From Pseudovirgaria hyperparasitica (lineage: Eukaryota), in assembly GCA_010093815.1 (NCBI GenBank), contig ML996579.1: a stretch of 64,000 bases of DNA, one strand, 5' to 3'. The position numbers and the translations under genes were made by a program. Below are positions 1 to 10,213 of this stretch, in pieces; within the stretch, counting starts at the first letter, position 1; each line of letters opens with the position of its first letter. A model generated the notes under the pieces. That model searched no databases. It had not been told where the DNA came from and saw only the letters and a program-made list of their open reading frames with translations.

Positions 1-660
1 GGTTCTAGTTAGACTATCTTAACTATAGTACTATATAGAGAGTAATTCGAATATAAGAATAGAGTTATTAGATAGTAGTATAGTTAGATAGAATAATAGG
101 GTGTATTCTATTATAGAACGAATTACTACTAAACCCTTTTAGTAGGAATCCGAGAGTATATATATAAAGGGACGCTAATCTATCTAGTATATAACTATTT
201 ACCGCCCTTCACGTTATCTCCTAACCCTATTAGCTAAGGTACGTATAGATCGGGTCCTATCTAAGGCTAAGTCCTAACATTATCTATCTTCTTATTACCT
301 TCCGTAATATTAAGTATATAAATATACTATATAATCTACTAGAAATATATATATATATATAAGACTATAGATATAGCCTTCTATACTACTTTAGAGATAA
401 ACTATATTCTTACTAGAAAGATTTATTATAATAGAAAGAAGGAAGTTTTTTCTCTTAGATTTCTTCTTATATAATAGCTTATACTAGAGAAGATATATAT
501 CTATAGAGTATTACTCTACCTAGTTATATAATAATAATATTATTATTATTATTATACTATTTTAATCTCTTCTAATATTTTATTAATTTACTAGATAGAT
601 ATTCTATACTCTTTTCAAGAGAACGGAGGTTATAGTAGTTACTCTCTATTACGCTTATGT
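1..660. mobile_element. AT-rich, RIP-degraded repeat/transposon relic (family unidentifiable)
   Basis: Very AT-rich and saturated with TpA (tata, tag, cta), with visibly few CpA/TpG and no ORF of 60 aa or more. Composition shifts towards normal near 660. This is the usual signature of repeat-induced point mutation. Confidence 0.7.
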
Positions 661-1052
661 TACCGGACTTATGTCGGCTGATAGCCCGCCCTATCACTTG
701 CATATGCAGGCGCCAAAGGATGTATACTACTATATAATTTCGGTCCTAGAATCTTATTGGAGACGGCCATGAGTCATTCATGCATCAATACCTAGCTAGT
801 AGTCCTATAAATAGAGATTTGTCAGTCGTATTTGTATGTATGGCTCATAGGTAGCTAGGTTAGCGGAAGACAACAAGGTCTTCATTCCTGGGTGCTAAGG
901 AGATTTGTATTTATTTAACCTTGCGCATTTCCCTTGCGAGCGAAGAAGCATTATCGATCATTCGTTTTTTTTCAACTCAATCTACATATACACCCACTTA
1001 TATATATTCTCCTATCTATAATCAGGACCTCTGCTTTAGACTCTTTACTATC

Positions 1053-1607
1053 ATGTCTAGCCAACTCAAGTCCTCATTGGCAGTAGCCATCAGAGCTATC
1101 GACCCTAGCTTCCGAGAGGGCGCTCAAACATTTGTCGAGCGTGTTGCCACCCAAGTCCCAATCATCAAAGCAATCCAGCTAAATGGGAACCGACCCCATA
1201 GGTCTCATGATGACCCGACTGATACAAAACTTGTCATATCCTTCGCTCTCTACAAATCGGCCACGACAAGCAGCCGAAATCGTGTGGGAAGTGGTCACGT
1301 TCACGCGGACGGCACTGGACATGTGAACTTCCCCTCCAAGTATAAACAATATCGCGCCGTTACAGGAATGGAATATAGAGCTCCAATAGGCCAATTGATC
1401 AAGTCGGGTGACTCTAGCTCTAAAGAGTCCCAGTCCGGTGACTCCAGCTCTAAAGAGTCGAAGTCCGATGACCTTACATGGAGAACCAATGAGCAGACGG
1501 GGTATGCAGAATGGTGGGACGGTACAAATTGGGTAGCAGGGGCTTGGTCTGACCAGAATCAGAGATGGTATGCTTTCTACAATGGCCAATGGTATCATCA
1601 GAAGTAA
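1053..1607 (+). CDS. Orphan hypothetical protein (184 aa) with a His/Asp-rich N-terminal domain, Ser-rich linker and Trp-rich C-terminus
   Basis: First ATG in the 921..1607 frame is at 1053 (atcATGtct). The ORF is uninterrupted with ordinary GC content between AT-rich flanks, and the translation is protein-like (PHRSHDD...SGHVHADG; WWDGTNW). Confidence 0.65.
   Translation: MSSQLKSSLAVAIRAIDPSFREGAQTFVERVATQVPIIKAIQLNGNRPHRSHDDPTDTKLVISFALYKSATTSSRNRVGSGHVHADGTGHVNFPSKYKQYRAVTGMEYRAPIGQLIKSGDSSSKESQSGDSSSKESKSDDLTWRTNEQTGYAEWWDGTNWVAGAWSDQNQRWYAFYNGQWYHQK
1401..1472 (+). repeat. 30-bp tandem repeat (about 2.4 copies) encoding the (K/Q)SGDSSSKES linker
   Basis: aagtcgggtgactctagctctaaagagtcc / cagtccggtgactccagctctaaagagtcg / aagtccgatgac. 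Confidence 0.9.
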
Positions 1608-1787
1608 TTATTGACCTGCCCATTACTTCAATACTATATATATAAGTATTGGATTATATCTCTACTTTTCTCTCTTCATATATTTATAGACTATAGTTTA
1701 GAGCTAATCTATACTGAAATAGTCATATATAATATAAACTAGTCCTTGCTCTATACTAATCGTTTATAATCTTATCTATTTACCTAT

Positions 1788-3575
1788 CTATGTGGGCTGC
1801 TTTGCTGCTACCCGTATTGGATGCGCTTCTGTGTTATATACGAATTGGTTTACTCCGTCATGCACCGGCTCCCAAATACCCTTCTTCGGACTTTGGATCA
1901 TGAATTGATACTTCAGTACCTCAGCCAACATGTAGCTTGCCATGAAATTACTCGTGCCGCCTCCAGTAACGGTAAGCACATTATTTACACTACTGAATCC
2001 ACTGTTTGCACGCTCCGTACGATTCTGTGCTAGGGTATACGCCCATGCTACATCTCGCCCTGTACCAAGTTAAAGGGGTCACCTAATATTAGAGCGTCAC
2101 AGTCACTTACAATAACTATTCCCAGTTACTTGGAACGCGTAGTACCAGCTCTCGACGGCTTCAGGCGCCATGCCATTACCGAATGCACGATTGTCATCGA
2201 TGAACCAGCCAGCTTTGTTGTACAAATCAGACTGGTTCACGAACTGAGGCCAAGCAAGCTCGGTCGTGTTCCAGGAGTAAATGATCGGACCAATGCCTGC
2301 AGCTGCATAGCGATAACCATTGGCACAAAATTCCGATAGTTTGAGACCAAATTCGAGGTAATCAGGACGATCTAATGCTGCAGAGCCAAGAATATAGGAG
2401 CCACCCGAGAAGCATGCGAGTTGCTCGGAGTAGTTCTGTACGGCGGTGCCAGCGAACGAGCCGATCATAGTGAGGTCCGGACGCGTACTCGGCGAAGATG
2501 CGAGATATCGCATACCAGAGTCAGCTGCGAGAATGAACCGTTCCGAGTAGTTCGCATAGCGCTCCGGGTCGTACACGTACATCTTGATCAGATACTCATA
2601 CGCGCTGTCGTTACCAGAGGTCCAGCCGCCATATTGATCGAGAATACGGCCAGTATCCACGCTAAAGTTTCCACCAGTAAGACCGGGAAAGGGTTCTGAC
2701 TCAGGAGGCGATGGTGAAAACCAATACTTAGCAGCTTCTTGAACCAGTGTACCGTATTCTGGATCACCAGTAAGGTCGCTCAAACGCTGCCATTCCAACT
2801 GAAGGGTCCCAAGCTCGGCGAGGCCTGCCGTACGCTGGCCATCTTGCTGTAAGCCCCGACCGGAGAAGGAGTGGTTGCTAAGGAATAAATCATTAACAGG
2901 GATACCAGTCCTAGTATTGAAAGCAAACTTCAGAGCATCGGCGAGGTTTCTCGCTTGACTGAGCAGGGCGTCAACGTTGGTAGAGTTTACCCTTAGATGT
3001 GAGAATGGGCCCTTAAGAAGGTCGTAAGCGCTAAGCAACCCGCCCAGGTAGCGAATGTTTGTCTCAAACAAGCTGACAACAGAAGGTTGCGGCGTGTTTG
3101 TCTTTGAGAAGTCAATGGTCGGAATGAAATCTACAATCACATTGACGATGTCTTCAAGCTCCATGATAATGGCAGTGCTCAAAGCGTCGACGGCCTAATG
3201 CGCAGGTTAGAGAAGGTTCTACCTCTAGAATATATCCATCGATACCTGGCAACCCCAACCATTCCGTGAGTTTTGGAATGTGTTGGTCACCGGCTCCAAG
3301 TCATCATTGGGGAACGCGTATTTGTAGTACCCGTCCCATGCAAATCGAAACATGTCCACGATGGCATCGGCACGGACCTGTTGGTCTTTCTCAAAACCAG
3401 TATAATCGTAGCCTGGACCCTTCTGTTGTGGATAATCGAGAGTGTCATTGTCCCAGCTGGGTTGCATATTGGTCAAAGCAAGCACGAAGGAAGAGAATGA
3501 AGAGAGGCATAGTGATCCTCTCAGGACAGTGATCAAGCCGACAAGACCGCTTTGGCCAGAGATCGAAGGGAACAT
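1788..3575 (-). CDS. Class I alpha-1,2-mannosidase (GH47), 3 exons, probably secreted
   Basis: Motifs MFRFAWDGY, NGWG/AVDALST, SLFETNIRYLGGLLSAY, LAELGTLQLEW, DSAYEYLIK, PEAVESWYY, LAEVLKY and NTEAHP. Introns at about 3196-3245 and 2064-2109 (GTAAGT donor) join the three ORF fragments. Hydrophobic N-terminus; start at 3575 is probable, 3662 possible. Confidence 0.9.
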
Positions 3576-4207
3576 GTCTTCCAGCCAGAGTAAGTCTGTT
3601 AGGATGAGGATGACAATGAAAGAGAATACGAAAGCCAGTCGTGGAAGATATATAATGTTCATTGTGTCTGTTCCTGGCACAGGACGCTGCAACTAGTCGA
3701 AATATTAGGTAGATCAGGCGGGGTTCTATGTCAAGTGGTATGATGGAAATGAGGGAACTCGTCCTAGACTACCTTGAGTTGCACCGCGTATAATCAGCCG
3801 TAAGAGGAAATAAAGTATCCTGGAATGGCAGGTGGTAGCAGTAGGGATTACATCTGTACCAGATGGAGAAGATATCATCAAGGGATGTTGCTGGAGGTCA
3901 TCAGAACGATTTCAATAATTGCATGGTAATTAATTATTGATAACCGATGATTACTCCATAACGGGGGCATCCAGATGCCTTATAGAGATGACTGACGCCT
4001 GACGACTGCAGGCCGAGGCTAAATGTTTGGACTTCACGGCACACATCAAAGATCCGGCAATACACATCTCAGGCATAATACTGACGTTTATATACCATAA
4101 CACCATGGTTCTCATCCCGGAAAATATGCTTCTATCTCAATCCTTACTTCTGTCCCTGCCAACTTGAAACTCTCGACCGCTCACATACTCACCAATTCCT
4201 CGCCACG

Positions 4208-5512
4208 ATGCCTTCCGATAGCTTCAAATCAACCGCCAAGCTCGATCTTTCTCCTTGGGCAGAACCTCCATGGTCGCAAGGCATAGCTTCTCCTTATTAC
4301 AACGACTCCCACCGCGCCCTCCGCGACTACGTCCGCTCCTATGTCGACGAACACATCCTTCCAGCACACCTCGAATGGGAGAACGCGGGTGCTGCTCCAC
4401 GTGAACAACAACTCGCGTGGGCGCAATCCGGCATACCCTTCGCTGAGGTTCCAGCAGCCTATAGGCCCACGCATATCCCCGGTCCAGCAGGCATACCCGC
4501 CGGCGAGTTGGACGCTTTCCACCTGCTCGTCATGACGGACGAGACAGCGCGGGTCCAGGGAGGCGTGATGAGTAGTCTTGGTGGAGCCAGCGTCATTGGA
4601 CTGCCTCCAATACTGGTGCATGGCACGGAAGAGCAGAAGCGCAAATGGGTACCTGGTGTGTTCGATTGGCAGACGTCATTCTGTCTAGGTATCACCGAGC
4701 CCGGTGTTGGTAGCGACGTAGGAAACATAGAAGCGTCCGCAATCAAGAGTGCAGATGGGAAGTCGTACGTGGTGAATGGGATGAAGAAATGGATCACAGG
4801 TACACCATGGGCAACCCATATGACGACCGCCGTGCGTACAGGCGGACCTGGCCACAGCGGCATCAGTGTGCTTGTCATTCCAATGAACAGTAAAGGCCTA
4901 ACCTGGCGTCGCATTGAGAACAGTGGACAAAAAGCTGGCGGCGCAAGCTTGATAGAGCTCGACGACGTGCACGTTCCGGTCGAGAACCTGCTTGGCCGCG
5001 AGAACGACGGCTTTAAGATCATAATGACTAACTTTAACAAGGAGCGCTTCATCATGTCGATAGGTTGCAACCGGCACGCGCGTACCTGCCTCTCGCACTC
5101 TCTTGCATATGCACACAAACGTACTACATTCGGCAAACCACTCATTTCCAATCAAGTTATCGCAGTCAAACTCTCTACGCTCGCGAGGTATATCGAATCG
5201 CACTGGGCGTGGCTCGAGCAGATCGCCTACGCGGTCCAGAACAGCCCGCACGGCTGGCAGGATCCGGACTTAGCGGGCCGCATTGCCTTGGCCAAAGTGC
5301 AAGGTGGACGTCTCTTGGAGCTGGCGAGCAGGGAAGCTCAGCAGGTTTTTGGTGGCGCTGGTTATCAGCGTGGGGGAGTTGGCGCAATTGTCGAGCAGAT
5401 CAGTCGCGATTTGCGGATGATGGTCGTTGGAGGCGGAAGTGAGGAGATCATTGCTGATTTGGCAGTGAGGCAAGAAACAGCGTTGGCAAAGAGAAGAGGT
5501 TGGAAGTTATAG
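4208..5512 (+). CDS. Acyl-CoA dehydrogenase
   Basis: Motifs CLGITEPGVGSD, NGMKKWIT, NFNKER, RTTFGKPL, QQVFGGAGY and VGGGSEEI. Intronless, 434 aa. Confidence 0.95.
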   Translation: MPSDSFKSTAKLDLSPWAEPPWSQGIASPYYNDSHRALRDYVRSYVDEHILPAHLEWENAGAAPREQQLAWAQSGIPFAEVPAAYRPTHIPGPAGIPAGELDAFHLLVMTDETARVQGGVMSSLGGASVIGLPPILVHGTEEQKRKWVPGVFDWQTSFCLGITEPGVGSDVGNIEASAIKSADGKSYVVNGMKKWITGTPWATHMTTAVRTGGPGHSGISVLVIPMNSKGLTWRRIENSGQKAGGASLIELDDVHVPVENLLGRENDGFKIIMTNFNKERFIMSIGCNRHARTCLSHSLAYAHKRTTFGKPLISNQVIAVKLSTLARYIESHWAWLEQIAYAVQNSPHGWQDPDLAGRIALAKVQGGRLLELASREAQQVFGGAGYQRGGVGAIVEQISRDLRMMVVGGGSEEIIADLAVRQETALAKRRGWKL

Positions 5513-6173
5513 CGGCGTAGTACGTAGTGAAAGACCTGCCCTACGCTATATTACGAATTAATACATGCCAAGTATCAACATTGGACTTCAGTCTTCGTCC
5601 GCATAAAAGCACGTGAAGCGGGTTGAATGTCGTACGATCAAACATAACATCATTTACCTACATCAAGTATACCAATCTTAGCATTCATATATGTGCGTTT
5701 GCTCGCTCTCTTCATCTCTGATTAGGGTCTTTTATGGATATATATGACGGATCTATGTATGTATACGTGATTCTATAAGCTTATCTATTTACATGGACTC
5801 TATGAAGAGATAGAGACAAGAATCCCATGATATTTAGACTCTATCACCCGCAGAGGTGAACATGGAAAAATATAGGTCAACTTGTAAGGAGATAAACAAA
5901 TCAATAGTCATTGACTTTATGTAGTCCCAGCACGGGATAGAGCATGACAGCCCTCATGCGCGATCCATACCACTAGAAAATGCACATCAATCACACATAT
6001 TTGATCTCATTCTTTAGATAAAGGAAATAACGTATTCGACTTTAGCCGCTACTGGATATTTTTGCCATACTGAACTCTTGGAAATCATGCTTGGCCAACA
6101 AATGCTGTCTAGATAGATATATTCATCATAATTGTAATCTTGGTCCTCAGAGACAGAATGCATAATAATACAT

Positions 6174-8135
6174 TTACTGTACTGCAACGACTTTGCTCTT
6201 TTTCTCCTTTGCTTTCATCATTCCAGTCCGCCAATCATCTACCTCTTCCAGGGCCCTTCGCGGCTCCTTCTTACGGATCAAAAGGAACCCCTGAACCTCC
6301 GCCGGTGAGAAGGTGTCCTCGGGTAGCTTGGCTGCAAATGCATCGCCCATGACTCGAAGTTGCGCCGGAGACAGCTGTTCCGTCTCTGTTCTGGCGAGGA
6401 ATGGAGTTATTGGGGACGTAGGACTTTTGCTAACAGCAATATTTGGTTTTATGACCCCATTGATCTTGGCGATTGCACTCAAAGGCGAGGCAACATTGCT
6501 GGGCCTGACTTTAAGGACGCCATTGACGAGACGGTCTGACGATGTTTTCTCACCAGTATGGGCCGTAGTCGCACCAGGCTCATCTGTCAGGCCGTCATCG
6601 ATGTCACTGTTTGAGCTGGTCCGGTGGTCTTTCAGTTGCATCCTTTGCCCCTGGTCATGATGCTCCCTTAAACTCCTCATCGAGGCGTCCGTACCATCAA
6701 ATTCAATAGAGTACATTCTTACGAAGATATCTCGCATTTGTTCATGCGTCGCCAAGCTAAATTGCACCTGTAGGTCAACTCTTCCTGGACGTATCAACGC
6801 TTCGTCTAGCTTTTCTGGATGGTTGGTAGTCATCACCAACACACGCCCTTCATGTGATGCCACACCGTCAATAGCGTTCAAGAGTCCAGATAACGAGATG
6901 CCCTGCTTGGCATCATCCGTCTTGCCACCCTTACGCGAGGCAGTCTTCAGTGCCTTAGCAAGGTCTTTGGCTGTAAGCTGGGCGTCGTCGTCGGATGCTG
7001 TTCTTGACGTATCTTCGTCCTTGTCGCTCTTCTCATCCCGGAGAAGTCCTGCAGTGTCAATATCTTCCAGAAGGACGATGCAACGGCGAGGCAGGTTGCT
7101 GAAGAGACGATTGAGATCGCCTTCGGTGAGAGTTGGCTCGAGAAGAGAGATGACGTAGATATCTAGGCCAAAGAGTCCGGCAAGTGCAAACGATAGCGAT
7201 GATTTTCCGGTTCCTGGTGGGCCGTGGAAGAGGTAACCACGACGCCATGGTATTCCTCGTGAAGCGTACCAGCGAGGGCTTGCGGGATGTAAATACTCGT
7301 TGATGTCAGCGACGATTCTGGCTTTCTGCTCCTTATCGAGTGAAACAGTCTCCATGGGACGAGAAGGCCTGGAACTAACACGATCCCAAGCGCCAGATCG
7401 TCGAGACATGTCTTTCGGTGCGGGTCGTCGAATGTTTGTTAGCGACTCCTGTTTCTGCAAGGACCGGGCTTTGATATCACTTAGCAGAAGCCGGAGTGGA
7501 TTGGTCGATCGCCCAATACACGATAGCTTTATCAATTCCTCGTCTGAGCCTCGTCCTGTCCATGGATTTGACTGAACCTCGCGGCGACTTCTATCGAAGA
7601 TGTATAGGCTACCCTTATGCCAGAATCTGTGCACCCCGAAATAGGGCTCATATCGAGGTGGCTGGCGGGCTGCATATTTGCCGTAGTGGAATATGCCATG
7701 TTCGTCGAGGGCGGCATTTTCGTCAGCTTCGTCCTCGTTAGAAATTTGACTATAGCGGGTCACTGCCTTGATGGAGCGGGACTTTTTCGCCATCTGTTGT
7801 TCACCAATCCACGAGAGAATACTATCAAACAAGTCGTCTCCATCATCGATGTAGATATTGGACATAAGGTACTGTCTGAACCAGGAATACACTCTCTGCC
7901 AGATATAAGTTCCTACATGGACTGTAGCGAAGATGATTACGGCAGCAGATACTAGAATGCTGACATCAAAACCGAATACATCCAAGATGAAGCCGGAGAT
8001 AAGACTATAGCCTGGAATGAATGTCTCCAATATTGTTGTTGGCAGTTCGGTTAGGTTCGGGCTCATGCTAGGACCTGTTCCATTGCGGTGGGTTTGAGGG
8101 AGCTCAAGCTTTCGACTTAGTTTGGAGAAAGCCAT
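6174..8135 (-). CDS. BCS1-like mitochondrial AAA ATPase
   Basis: N-terminal TM segment and BCS1_N-like region, WYASRGIPWRRGYLFHGPPGTGKS (Walker A), VLLEDID (Walker B), SLSGLLNAIDGVASHEGR and MTTNHPEKLDEALIRPGRVD. Confidence 0.93.
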   Translation of the reverse strand: MAFSKLSRKLELPQTHRNGTGPSMSPNLTELPTTILETFIPGYSLISGFILDVFGFDVSILVSAAVIIFATVHVGTYIWQRVYSWFRQYLMSNIYIDDGDDLFDSILSWIGEQQMAKKSRSIKAVTRYSQISNEDEADENAALDEHGIFHYGKYAARQPPRYEPYFGVHRFWHKGSLYIFDRSRREVQSNPWTGRGSDEELIKLSCIGRSTNPLRLLLSDIKARSLQKQESLTNIRRPAPKDMSRRSGAWDRVSSRPSRPMETVSLDKEQKARIVADINEYLHPASPRWYASRGIPWRRGYLFHGPPGTGKSSLSFALAGLFGLDIYVISLLEPTLTEGDLNRLFSNLPRRCIVLLEDIDTAGLLRDEKSDKDEDTSRTASDDDAQLTAKDLAKALKTASRKGGKTDDAKQGISLSGLLNAIDGVASHEGRVLVMTTNHPEKLDEALIRPGRVDLQVQFSLATHEQMRDIFVRMYSIEFDGTDASMRSLREHHDQGQRMQLKDHRTSSNSDIDDGLTDEPGATTAHTGEKTSSDRLVNGVLKVRPSNVASPLSAIAKINGVIKPNIAVSKSPTSPITPFLARTETEQLSPAQLRVMGDAFAAKLPEDTFSPAEVQGFLLIRKKEPRRALEEVDDWRTGMMKAKEKKSKVVAVQ

Positions 8136-10213
8136 TCTGATGAAAAGTCAAAGACTGTGCCCAAGTATCAGAGGGTCTTGTAGGCAGCAGTGCGTATATA
8201 TTGGAGGATAACCGGTGGACGATGTTGATTGCCGAGATACGTATATGGGTGGCGAAAGTTCAACCCGTAGCAACCATTCGCCGCCGAACAATGAAAACAC
8301 TGAGACAATGTTCGGCCCCAACAACAATCCAGGCACAGAGAAACGTTGATGTTTGTTGCAGCAATGGACCACCTGTATTTGATGAGGAGAAACTCGACCA
8401 CTCTGGACCACTACGTTGCTTGTTATAATGATTTAGTACAGTATGTTGCCTAAAATAGAGGCCTTGGTGATGCCTAAAAAGCAGTTGGCAACACCTTGGC
8501 AGAGGGTAGTAGTCAATGGATGACCGGTGTGACCTGTGGGGCAAATGTGATATACAAAGGAGAAAACCGGTGTGGATGACTAGAAGCGGACTTGTCAGAT
8601 TGAAGGCAAACGCACAACGAATGGCCTAATGAGCTACCAATAACAGGAGACGCCGTGGTCAGGCACCAACGACTTTCGAGTCAGAGTGACCGAGTGGGCC
8701 TGTGGTGAGCATGTATATCGTGCAGTATAATAGTGTCGGTTGAAAATGTCCGAATGAGTAAACGGAAAGAGGTGTAAATAAGTAGTGACGTCGCCAGGGT
8801 CAAGGGCACCAGGCTGCAGCGTTGCTCTTTCGCCACAACCAAGACTGGAATGTGGTAATGACTGGTGCAGCGCGTAGTGGTGGTATGTATGCGTCAAACG
8901 TGAGGTACACCCGCTAGAGCAATATGTATGGCATGAAGATGGTAATACTGCGCAAGGCTTGGAGAGATGGTCAGCTACCTATCTAGCGATATAAATAATG
9001 AACAAGGCTGTGTTGAAGACCGATCGCTGTGTCTGCCACGACTAGTTCTATTCTGACTACCTATTGTGTGGACGCCAAAAGTCGCGCCGGCTGGACAAAC
9101 GCGTGAACCTTGTGAGTCCGTCCCCTACCTGGTATGCGTCACGACAATTGTCTGCGACAGGAAGATGATGACGAGAACGAGGATGAGGGCCATAGAACCG
9201 ATAGATTGGGAGTATAGATAGATACATAGATGCCAGATGGATTGAATGTCAGGGAGGCCCTAACCCTCAGTGGCGCAGCAAAGGCCTCTCTGCGGGCTGC
9301 TCCCAATTTCTGTTAGTTTTTGATACTAGAAACTGCTGGACAGGTTGATCCATAGGCTGATATGTCGCCACGCTCTTTGCTTCTATACTAATACCCAATT
9401 ATCGTGCACATGCGCAGGCCTCGACAGCTCTTCTTTCGCATGGCAAGCGGCGGTACTACAGGCATTGCCTGGCTGTTGCGATTGGAGGAACAGCATGACG
9501 TGTAAGGTTAAGATTATGATGAGAGGGTTTCAACTGGGTCTGAACGATACCCATGAATACTTATGAGGTCGTTTAGGGCTACGGATTCCTGGCCCGTTTG
9601 TCGGGAGACGTGCATGGATGTGGTTCGCTTTGATTAAGTGACCTGCTTATCCGTTGTCCTACTGCACACGCACGCGCCCACATCGTGTCGTGTAACTATC
9701 TATATCAAAAGAATCCGATGTATTTACACGCGTGGGTTGTGTGCTAATGGGTTTGGTCGCCAGTACTACTCCCTCGAGGACATTCGGCCTCTAGGCATTG
9801 CGGAAATCCCAACATAGCTTTTGCGGATGCATCAGGGGGAGGTCCTAGACATTCAATGCTACACAGCCTTGTCTTGCGCGTTCCGCAGTCTATGTATGTC
9901 GGGAACCATGCGAGAGATTGCCCAGATGACTCGAAGGCATACGCGAAACTTGAAATGCAGTCGCCGCGGTGCATATACACGAGGATGCGAGCCAATCTGA
10001 AGGCTGCGTCCAACATGGTATTCTATCAATGCGACTGGACCATGCGTGCTCATACACCGTGGCTAAAAGAAACGGCCATGTAAACCGCCACATTTACCGG
10101 TCACTGTCTTGATTCGCTCTCACTGACATGAGCATCGCGGATTCCTTCAGGACTCCCTGAGCTCTGTGACACACGCACCGGCCGCATGGTTTACCTTCTC
10201 ATGCAGTACAACC

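Noticed and set aside
617..700. Possible LTR start (TGTTA at 658) after a purine-rich tract
   Set aside because: The purine tract is not adjacent to the TG, and I found no matching LTR end, second LTR or TSD in the window.
4229..5473. Long antisense and alternate-frame ORFs over real genes (also 31350-32030 and 42479-43096)
   Set aside because: Shadow ORFs expected from codon bias in GC-rich coding sequence; no independent motifs.
5498..5512. C-terminal WKL of the acyl-CoA dehydrogenase as a PTS1 signal
   Set aside because: Trp at position -3 does not fit the (S/A/C)(K/R/H)L consensus, so peroxisomal targeting is unsupported.
9744..10093. Overlapping short Cys-containing ORFs
   Set aside because: No recognisable motif, signal peptide or splice support; consistent with chance ORFs downstream of the aminotransferase.
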